Source: Octopus vulgaris
Lineage: Eukaryota
Reading direction: 5' to 3'
Length of the DNA stretch: 64,000 nucleotides
NCBI GenBank assembly: GCA_951406725.2
Contig: OX597828.1
Span: 58,032,001 to 58,096,000 of the forward strand
Shown here: positions 54,767 to 64,000 of the stretch, piece after piece
How positions within the stretch are numbered: position 1 is the stretch's first letter
Layout of the letters: each line of letters starts with the position of its first letter
The notes under the pieces: generated by a model
The model's database searches: none
What the model was told of the DNA's origin: nothing
The model's input: the letters and a program-made list of their open reading frames with translations, nothing else
Translations under genes and position numbers: made by a program

Positions 54767-54987
54767 TTTTCTACTCTAGGCACATGGCCCGAAATTTTGG
54801 GTTGGGGGAAGGGGCCAGTCTATTAGATCAACCCTAGTACGCAACTGGTACTTATTTAATCGACCCCGAAAGGATGAAAGGCAAAGTCGACCTCGGCGGA
54901 ATTTGAACTCAGAACGTAACGGCAGACGAAATACGGCTACGCATTTCGCCCGGCGTGCTAACGTTTCTGCCAGCCCCTCGCCACCTT
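54767..54987 (-). mobile_element. Meta-domain-like SINE
   Basis: 17-bp TSD ACGTTAACAGCTTAGTC at 54750 and 54988. Confidence 0.92.
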
Positions 54988-55120
54988 ACGTTAACAGCTT
55001 AGTCATCTCCCTACTTTCATTAACGAATTGGATCTTTAACAGTTATTTTCAGTTATGGTCAAAAGGACCACATTGATATTCGACGTTTACAACCAGGTCA
55101 TTGATATTTATCTATCTTCA

Positions 55121-55697
55121 CGGCTGCGAGTTGGCAGAATTGTTAGCACGCCGAGCAAAATGCTTAGCGGCATGAGTTCAAATTCCGGTGAGGTCAAATT
55201 CTTCTTTTAAGGCGTCTACCTGGTAGAATCGTCAGCACGTCGGGAAATATTCTAAGCAGCGTTTCGTCCGTCTTTATGTTCTAATTTCAAATTCCGCCGA
55301 GGCCGACTTTGCCTTTCATCCCTTTCGGAGTATATAAAAATAAGTACTAGTCAAACACTGGGGTCGATGTAATCGTTTGAACCCCTCCCTCAAAATTGCT
55401 CTTATACCAAAATCTGAAATCAATATTTATGTATCTTCAGACCTTGTGCTTATAGTAGAAAGGCGGCGAGCTGGCAGAGACGTTAGCACACCGGGCGAAA
55501 TGCGTAGCCGTATTTCGTCTGCCGCTACATTATGAGTTCAAATTCCGCCGAGGTCGACTTTGCCTTTCATCCTTTCGGGGTCGATAAATTAAGTACCAGT
55601 TGCGCACTGTGGTCGATGTAATCGACTTAATCCGTTTGTCTGTCCTTGTTTGTCCCCTCTGTGTTTAGCCACTTGTGGGTAGTAAAGAAATAAGAAA
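55121..55697 (+). mobile_element. Cluster of three Meta-domain-like SINE copies
   Basis: Heads at about 55121, 55211 and 55462. Confidence 0.85.
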
Positions 55698-57259
55698 GGA
55701 TATTTATGTATCTTTGACAATAAAATATAATGCAATCCCGTCCTCGTGAATAGACAGATACTACCAAAACTTCCACTCCTGCTTATTGCCAAGTTAAAAT
55801 TACTATTTCGTCAACAACCAGTACTTTTTCCTATACCATATATGACCTTAGGCTTTTATTTTATTACTCAAAGCATTAAACATGCTTTCACCAATTCAGT
55901 TGTAAGTTGTTACGTAGGTGCTTTCTCATAATAGTTTTTTCATGAGTTCTCGAACTCTCTGCCACCAAAAATGCATTTTGCTAAATTATATTCTTCCACT
56001 GAATAGTTTTAATATGACGAAGCATGGGCGAAGTGGTTTCTCATTAATGTCTAATTTTAAAAAATCATTGATTACTCTTTTACTGAATATATAATCTTAT
56101 TTGGCATTCATTAAATATGCTTTCATTCAGTTCCTTGTTAATTCGATTATTTTCTTATGAAACAAATAATAATAATAATATCCTTAGCAGTTATTCTATA
56201 AGAATAACTACCAGTGATATTGTTATACTTTATCCAATCAACAAAATACCTTCACTATAGATTTTGATATGGTATTTCAACAAAATACTTCGATACTAAT
56301 ATAATTTAAAGCTGAAATTGTTAATCTTTGAAAATATCTCCACCTCCATCTCAATAGGATATTTTCAAAATTCCAAGGGAAATTTGGGGTTCCATTGAGA
56401 AAATTGTTTTTAAATTGAAAAATTATTTTTATTCTTACTGTTTTTGCTAGAATTATATTTTTTAATGCTGTTTTTAAGGTGAGCAATGCAATAAATTATG
56501 TTATGTACACAAGATTATTTTTTATTATCATATGTGTTGGGGTGGGGGACAGATTGGGATGGAAAATTAGTAAAGTGAAATATCGTAGAAAAAAAAACTT
56601 AAAAGTGCAGGTGTGGCTACGAGGTTAAGAAGCCTATTTTGCATCCACGGGGTGTCGGGTTCAGTCCACTGCGAGACACTACGATCATGTCTCTTGTACT
56701 ATAGCTCCGAAATGACCAATAGCTTGTGAGTAAATCTGGTAAACAGTAATTGTGTAAAAGCCCATCGTATATGTTGTATATGTGTGTTTATGCCTGTATG
56801 TGTGTGTTTGTCTTAATGTTCGTGTTAACCCCCCCACCACCACCAACACCACCGCTTGACACCGGTGTGAATTTGTTTACGTCCACGTAACTTAGTAGTT
56901 CGGCAAAAGTCACCTATAGAATACTAAACCTAAATAAATACTAATAGTGAGGTTAGTTTGTTTGACTAAACCCTTGAAGGCAGTGTCCCAGCATGGCTGC
57001 ATGGTCGCAATCCAATGACTGAAACAAGTAAACCTTAAAAGATAAAAGACTATAGCTGAAACAGTGTTTCACCAATGTCTTTGAAATTCGAATTTTACCT
57101 TTGCTTGTATTATGGTGCAATGTTGGCTCAGTCGCATATAACCACCTGAACGTTGTTGTACTGATAAAATAATTTCTTTTCTTTCATGACACTAAATTAT
57201 CTGCAAATATATTTTTGCATCTTTTATTGACTTTTTTCAATTTTGTCATCTCTTTTCAG

Positions 57260-57541
57260 GTGAACTATATGTCTCCAGCAACCTAACAGACAATACCCAA
57301 GGCGAAGAATACAACCTGGTTATCCAAGCATTTGACACTGGCGAACCGAGTCTTTCTGGTTTCGCAAAGGTGAGGATACTTGTGACGCTGAACAAACCAC
57401 CAATTGTGAATGACACTTATGTATTCTTTGTCAAAGAAAACAGCACAACCAGCACTGAAATAGGGAAAATTACGGTGACCGATCCTGATATGAATCAAAA
57501 TCCACAGGAAGAAATTGTCTATGTCATATCAGATATTACAG
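57260..57541 (+). CDS. Cadherin-repeat gene, exon E (282 bp, phase 1-1; paralog of exon A)
   Basis: Acceptor ttttcag|GT and donor G|gtaatc. Translation GELYVSSNLTD..YNLVIQAFDTGEPSLSG..VKENSTTSTEIGKITVTDPD. Confidence 0.93.
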
Positions 57542-57650
57542 GTAATCTCTTACGTATGTGTATGCGCGCGAGTTGTATGTATGGTGTGTGTCTGTTTGTG
57601 TGTCTGTTTGTGTGTCTGTTTGTGTGTCTGTTTCTCTTTGTGTGAATTTA

Positions 57651-58036
57651 CAGTATTTACTCGTAGCAATATTTTATACTTGATTTTAACTGAAACAAAA
57701 CTAGGGTGCACCGTATACATGGGGCAAAGCTAAAATTATGAAGGGAAAAAATTTGTACCCAGACTTAACACTAAACTGAGGGGGTGACTTATAGATGAAG
57801 TAAAGCTAAAACTATGAGGGGGAAGTTTTGTACCAAGGTTTAATACTAAATAAGGAAGGCGACTTATACACGAGTGCGACTTATACACGAGTGTGACTTA
57901 TACACGAGTGTGACTTATACACGAGTGTGACTTATACACGAGTGCGACTTATACACGAGTGTGACTTATACACGAGTGCGACTTATACACGGGGGCGACT
58001 TATACACGGGGGCGACTTATACACAAGTAAATGTGG
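57651..58036. mobile_element. pogo/Tc2-like MITE with a subterminal minisatellite
   Basis: TA|CAGTATTTACTCG ... AAGTAAATGTGG|TA. Confidence 0.6.
57861..58028. repeat. 17-bp tandem repeat, about 10 copies (GACTTATACACGAGTGY)
   Basis: Exact 17-bp period from 57861 to 58014. Confidence 0.95.
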
Positions 58037-59010
58037 TATTTATTCTAGCACAGGAGATTGATTTTCATTAAACCAAGGTTAATGAAAGCATTTCATGAAC
58101 TATACAATCGTCGGCTCAATTTCCTATAACGATCTCCTTCAGACAGCCATAGTTGATAAACAATATTTGTTTTTGTATAAGGAAGCGAGCTGGAAGAATC
58201 ATTACCCTTTACTGCGCCGACAAAATGCTTAGCGGCATTTTGTCCGTCTTTACGTTCCTGAGTTCAAATTCCGCCGAGGTCGACTTTGCCTTTTATCCTT
58301 TCGATGTTGATAAAATAAGAACCAGTTTAGTACTGGGATTGATGTAATCAGCTAAACCCTCACCCTAAAATGTCAAGTCTTGTGCCTAGGGTAGAAACGA
58401 ATATTTGTTTAGTATTTGGTGTTCTTATGTAAATTTCTCTTTTATTCAATTTAAGGTTGATAAAATACTAGGGGAAAATATGAGAGGGAAAGCAAAATGG
58501 CTTCGCGGATAATATATTCGATGACTTTCTCATTGGCTTGAGTTCAAATCTGCTGCAGGTTTTCTGTTGTGTTTCTGCACAAAACATTTCGTTTTACATG
58601 AGTGCGAATAATCCAACTTTCAGAAGATTACATTAAGTTTTGTTGCAAAAATGTTTATTCATAGCTTTGATGTCATTGTGACATTACCTTTGATTAGACA
58701 ACATCAAGTTATTGAGTATATTACAAATATTACGCAATTCAAATCTTCGGAACAATCCAAACCTTAAGCTCCAGTAGTTGTGGTGGCCATAGTAACAGCA
58801 ACTGATAATAAATAAATATATAAATCAAATAAAAACTTGTTAATACTACATCTGACAACTCTATCCAAATATATATAAATGCTTATCCTTTCAGACACAT
58901 TGTTTTCATTTTAAGTGGATGTAAATTTATCGTTGTGTATTTGAAATAATTTGTTCGCTCCTATGTGTCAAAATGTTTTATGCGTGAAGAAAATAGTCTT
59001 CAAGTATCTA

Positions 59011-59576
59011 TTGGGTTGTCCGGAAAGTTCATGCCGATTTATAGTAGCTTACCTTTCGACTTATTTTAGAACATCGTTGAGTCCATAAAATAGAATTTGA
59101 CTACACCTCCATTTACAGCACAGTTTAAGCTATCTTTTCATGGAAGAATGTTTATGTTCCTATAACCTGTGTTAATTTTGTAACCCTTTAAAATGGAAGA
59201 TAAGAAAGTTCATTTTCGGCACTTGATGCTTTGGGAACCAGACAAAAATTGCTGCAGCTTGACTGGGATGTGTTACCCCAACCTCCATATTCACCAGATA
59301 TTGCTCCTTTGGATTTCCACTTATTCAGGTCTCTGCAGAATAGTCTTAATGGTAAAAATTTCAATTCCTTGGATGACGTAAAAAGATACCTTGATGAATT
59401 CTTTGCCATGAAACCACCTCAATTCTGGGAAGAGGGTATTTTCAAGTTAAAGGAAAGATGGAGACGCATTGTGCAACAAAATGGTTCATATTTGGTTGAT
59501 TAAAAATGTAATGGCAAGTATTCATTGACGTTTTTCTTTCCTTTAAAACTCGGCACGAACTTTCCGGACAACCCAA
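59011..59576 (+). mobile_element. Internally deleted mariner transposon
   Basis: TIRs TTGGGTTGTCCGGAAAGTTC and GAACTTTCCGGACAACCCAA with TA on both sides. N-terminus MEDKKVHFRHLMLWE is joined to C-terminus PPYSPDIAPLDFHLF. Confidence 0.95.
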
Positions 59577-59853
59577 TAAGTATCCTTGACATTAAAATTT
59601 TCTCGCCTCTGTTGAGTACTACGACAAAACAAAACACATGGCTATAGCAGAAAGGAATAACTATGCACTGAAGTAAAAACATTATTGGTCGATAAGTGAT
59701 ATTATTTTAATATTATTTCACAAGTACGGTGAGATAACTCCTGGAATGTTTCAGTTTTATTCTGACATCATCAGCTGACATAGGCTTTAACATATTTGCC
59801 TTAGTGGTGATGAAATAATCACCTAGTAAATGTATAATATTGTACATGTTTGT

Positions 59854-62800
59854 GTTAGTTAGTTAGTTAGTTAATTTGGCTCAAAAGCAAATAGCAAGGC
59901 CATGGAGTTAAGTACAGGGTGGTGTTCATGTAAAGTGTTCAGGCCACTTGAGGTCCAGGGAGGCTTTGAACAAAGCGGTCGTCGGCATCTTCACCATCTC
60001 GTCTGGCAGCTTGTTCCACGGATCCGCAACCCGGACGGAGAAAGCTCCTCTCCTTCGATTGAGATGAAATCGTCGCAGGTAGAGCTTTTCGGAATGACCC
60101 CGCAGCTGACGCTCTGGAGTAGGAGTGAAGAACAGCTCTTTCGAGAGGTTACACTTTCCGCTTATAATGTTGTGGGCGAGAATGAGATCACCACGGCGGC
60201 GGCGTTTTTCAAGAGAATAAAGGTCGAGCGTCCTCAGCCTTTCTTCGTAGGACAAATTTTTGAGACCATGAACCATGCGGGTAGCCAGCCTCTGGACTCT
60301 TTCGAGATGCTGTATGTCTTTGAGGAGATAAGGAGAAGAGGCCTGAATCCCATACTCCAATATGGGTCTCACCCACCAGCGTGACATAGAGTGGTAGGAA
60401 TATGGCTGCTGTGAGCATTCCGAATGACCGTCGAATCAAGAACAGAATTCCGCGTGCTTTGTTGGCAGCATGGACGCACTGGGCCGAAGGCGAAAAGGAG
60501 GAATCCACCAAGATACCCAGGTCCTTTACCTGATCGGTCCTCTCCAGCAGCAGACGACCCGGCTCGAAATCAAGTTGAGTTGCAGGAGTAGAGCCGACAG
60601 GCAGATGACAGCACTTTGACACGTTCAGACACAGGTCCCAATCGTTAGACCACTTCCAAATTTGGTGGAGGCATCGACGAAGATCCTCTATATTACTGCG
60701 AGGAGCGACCAGTTTGATATCGTCGGCAAATAGAAACCATGTGTTGCGTGAGGTCATCGGGCAAGTCATTTATGAAGACTAAGAACAACAAGGGCCCAAG
60801 CACTGAACCTTGAGGCACGCCACTGCTCGCACTGGAGACGTCGGACCGCGAACCATTAACTTGGACTTGGAAGGAGCGATCTGAGAGGAAGGCACCAACC
60901 CATCGTATAATATCCGGATGGAAACTATATGCTTGAAGCTTGACAAGTAATAGGCGGTGGTTTACCGAGTCAAAAGCTTTGGCAAAGTCCAATAAAACGA
61001 TGTCAACAGCATCACTATCATCGAGGATGCGCGTCACCAATTCTTCCATTACTAGTAAGTTGGTCAAGCATGATCTCTTCGGCACGAAGCCGTGTTGGGA
61101 ATCAGAGATAGAGGCTGTGTTTAGGAGGTGGAGCATCATACTTTTCTTAAGGATGGTTTCGAACATCTTGCTGATTATTGATGTAAGGGAAACCGGTCGG
61201 TAGTTAAGCGGGTCTTCGCGGCTCCCTTTCTTGAAAATTGGGCAGATTATCGCTGTTCTCCAGTCTGCAGGTATAACACCCGTCGCCAATGACATATTGA
61301 ATAGTCGTGTTAAGGGCTCGCAGATGACCGGAGCCAACGCTTTGATAACCCGTGGGTGTATGCCGTCAGGGCCGTGACTCTTGTTGACATCGAGGCCTTG
61401 AATAATACGTTTGACTTCGTCCCGCGTGATGACCAATCGAAGCATTGGAGGGACCGATCTATCAAATGGAGGGGGTTCACGACCATCATCTTGTTTGAAA
61501 ATAGTTGAAAAAGCCTCGGCAAATAATTGACTCTGTTGATAAGGGTCCTCAATCGATACGCCTGTTGAGTCTACCAACGTTGCAATCTGGTTGTTCAAGC
61601 GGGAATTCCGCTGGACATGGGCAAAGAAGGTTTTTGGATTGCTACTGGCATTTGCCGCGATTTTGTATTCATAACTGAAGCGTTCTCTCTTTTCAATTTT
61701 CACGGCTCGGTCTCGTTGAGTTTTGTACACCTCAAAAGCTGCAGTCGAATCCAGATTTTTGAATTCAGCCCAAGCAATATCTCTGAGTCGACGTTCTCGT
61801 TTAACCTTCTTCGTTACCCAGGGCTTGTGTTTCTTCTTCTTGGGAAGCCCAACGGGAACTGCCTGGTCAGTCAAACAGATTACATATGCTTTGAGGGATG
61901 ACCATAGTTCGTCAACAGAGGACAACGTCATCAGGGATCGCCAGTCCAGAAGCGCGGAAGCCTCGGTTAGAATTTCAAGATTAATTGCAGAGAAGACTCT
62001 ACGTGGCAGCGAAGTAGTCGTGGGCGTAGAAAAAGTTGTGTGCATGGCGAACTTCAGGACCGCATGATCACTCTTGGCAAGAGGGGCGCACACAGATACG
62101 TCTGACACTGATCTTGGATAGCGGGAGAATACCAGATCTAGCATAGATGGCTGCTGCCCAGACCGATGCCTTGTCGGATATTCAACATGTTGCGATAGAA
62201 AACAATCTTCAGCCACGTCAAGAAGGGCCTGGCCGAAACGGGAAGATGTTGTACAAATTGATGCGGGCCAATCGATCGTGGGAGCGTTGAAGTCTCCTAG
62301 TACCAAACATTCATGCGAAGCTGAAACGAATCTTATCGCTTCGAGTAAATGAGTATCGTCCTGGGGGTCGGCAAGAGGCGGCCTGTAGACAGCCAACACG
62401 GGCAGGCAAAACTCAGATAGGCTCAGCTTGCAATAGACGGCATCGAATTTTGTTGTAGGTTGAGCATTAGTGGGTAGAATACCGCTGGACGGTTTGTGCT
62501 CAGACTTAACATACACAGCAACACCTCCACCTCGCCTTTTTCCTCTGTCACATCTGAAAAGGTCGTAGCCCTGCAGGTGGATTTCTGAGTCCTTTACTGC
62601 TGGAGTCAGCCAAGTCTCGGTGATAGCTATCACATCAGGGGAGTCACGTATGGCCAGTGTAAATAGTTCACTGAACTTTGGGAATAAGGAGCACGAGTTG
62701 GTGTAGACGATGCTGAGCTGTGAAGTCTGACGGGCGGGAGTTGGGGAACAAGCAGAATAAGGGGTATCAGAGATAGCGTCGTTGACGGGGGTATCAACTT

Positions 62801-62920
62801 CACTTCGATTTGCCCTCACATCACTTTCCCTGTCAGCACTACAGCATGGGACCAGAGGTAGGACTTAATTATCTGTCCATCTTGGATTCGTAAACCCTTC
62901 TCTCCCATTTGTTTCCTCAT
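59854..62920 (-). mobile_element. CR1-clade LINE, 5'-truncated, in the cadherin E-F intron
   Basis: APE endonuclease motifs (ITETWL, GDFNAP, LDLVF, SDH) and RT motifs (QHGF, LDFAKAFD, GVPQGSVLGP, FADD). CR1-type C-terminus YEERL..RRGDLI..WNKLP and a (TAAC)n 3' tail. A probable ORF1 tail (GEKGLRIQDGQIIK) lies near 62816-62910. The 5' boundary is approximate. Confidence 0.92.
59926..62819 (-). pseudogene. LINE ORF2 (endonuclease + reverse transcriptase) split by two frameshifts near 60740 and 60375
   Basis: ORFs 60693-62819, 60209-60769 and 59926-60387 are consecutive parts of one APE-RT protein. Confidence 0.9.
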
Positions 62921-63035
62921 CTTTAGTTCGGATATAATTGCTTACAACTGTTTGGAGAGTAATTACTGCATATAAATATATAATATACTTTCAGAACTCT
63001 CGTTTGAAATATGTCTGAATTATCTATTCTTGCAG

Positions 63036-63277
63036 GTATGTTTACCATCAACTCTGAAACTGGTCTGATCCAAACGCAATCACTTCTTGACCGTGAACAA
63101 CAGGAACAATATATGTTCACCGTTTCTGTTATAAACATCGGTGCCCCAACCCACACAGTTAGTACCACAGTGAAGGTAATAGTTGAAGATATCAACGATA
63201 ATGAGCCAATCTTTAAATCAACCGTGGGATATTACGGAATTTATACCGAAACTGATTTGTCTGGAGTTGTGAAATTG
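63036..63277 (+). CDS. Cadherin-repeat gene, exon F (242 bp, phase 1-0; paralog of exon B)
   Basis: Acceptor ttgcag| and donor |gtgagt. Translation GMFTINSETGLIQTQSLLDREQQEQY..VEDINDNEPIF. Confidence 0.93.
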
Positions 63278-63587
63278 GTGAGTTGTCTTTCAACGTCGTC
63301 CTATATATAGTTGTATTCATTGTAATCTTTTCTCTTTTATTTATTTTAGTCATTAGACTGCGGTCATGCTGGGGCAACACCTTTAATGGTTAAATCAAAC
63401 AAATCGACCTCAGTACTTATTTTCTTTTAAACCTAGTACTGGTTCGATCGGTTTCTTTTAGCCGAGCCGATAAATTCCATATGCAAATCATCGAAGGTCT
63501 TTAAGCAGTTGTGAACAAACATCACAAAGGCACCGCATACACAGACATCCACAGTAACATCATGTAAATATATATATATACTATATA

Positions 63588-64000
63588 CAGAAAGGAAAGA
63601 AAAAGGGAGAGAAGAAAGGAGAGCAAAAAAGGAAAGCAAGGAAGGAGAAAAGAGAAAAGGAGAGAAGAAAGGGAGAGAAAAAGGAGAGAAGAAAGGGAGA
63701 GAAAACAGGAAAGAAGGCAGGGAGGGAGAAAAGAAGAGCAACAAAGGGAGAGCAAAAAAGGAGATAATAAAGGAAGAGAAAAAAGGAGAGCAAAAAAGAG
63801 AGAAAAGGAGAGCAAAATAGGAGAGCGAAAAAAGAGAAAAAAGGAGAGCAACAAAAGGACAGCAAAATAAGAGAGAAAAAAGGAAAGCAAGGAAGGAGAG
63901 CAAAAAAGGAGATAAAGGAAAGAAGAAGGGGAGAAAAAGGAGAGCAAAATAGGAGAGAAAAGGAAAGCAAGGAAGGAGAGCAAAAAAGGAGAGAAGAGAA
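63588..64000. repeat. Purine-rich low-complexity satellite (AAAAGGAGAGC-like)
   Basis: Directly visible; runs off the window end. Confidence 0.9.

Noticed and set aside
57861-58028. CRISPR-like repeat array
   Set aside because: Units are contiguous with no unique spacers, there are no cas genes, and the context is eukaryotic.
60940-62067. Plus-strand ORFs inside the LINE
   Set aside because: Antisense shadows of ORF2 with no recognisable motifs.
63433-63983. Hydrophobic F/L/S-rich ORFs resembling membrane proteins
   Set aside because: They are the reverse strand of a purine-rich satellite.

Overview
AT-rich, microsatellite-dense animal genomic DNA. The SINE complement looks like octopus or another coleoid cephalopod, but this is an inference. 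The only host gene I can support is part of a large + strand cadherin-repeat gene with six internal GT-AG exons (46259-63277). These exons repeat as a 4-exon, 3-EC-domain module, and every third linker lacks the calcium-binding motif. I found no exon in the first 46 kb, which is probably one giant intron. The rest is mobile DNA: several tRNA-derived SINE families, a young 5'-truncated CR1-type LINE, Dong/R4, RTE, Tx1-like and L2-like LINE remnants, mariner/Tc1/pogo elements and MITEs, Helitron pieces and a solo LTR. The most unusual signal is a set of unrelated short non-coding elements, mostly inside (TA)n tracts and often with inverted partial copies. They carry minimal type I hammerhead-ribozyme motifs (Penelope pLTR or retrozyme-like), including U3-A8 and A6U core variants and monomers of about 360 nt. 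All structures and alignments were read by eye; no searches were run.
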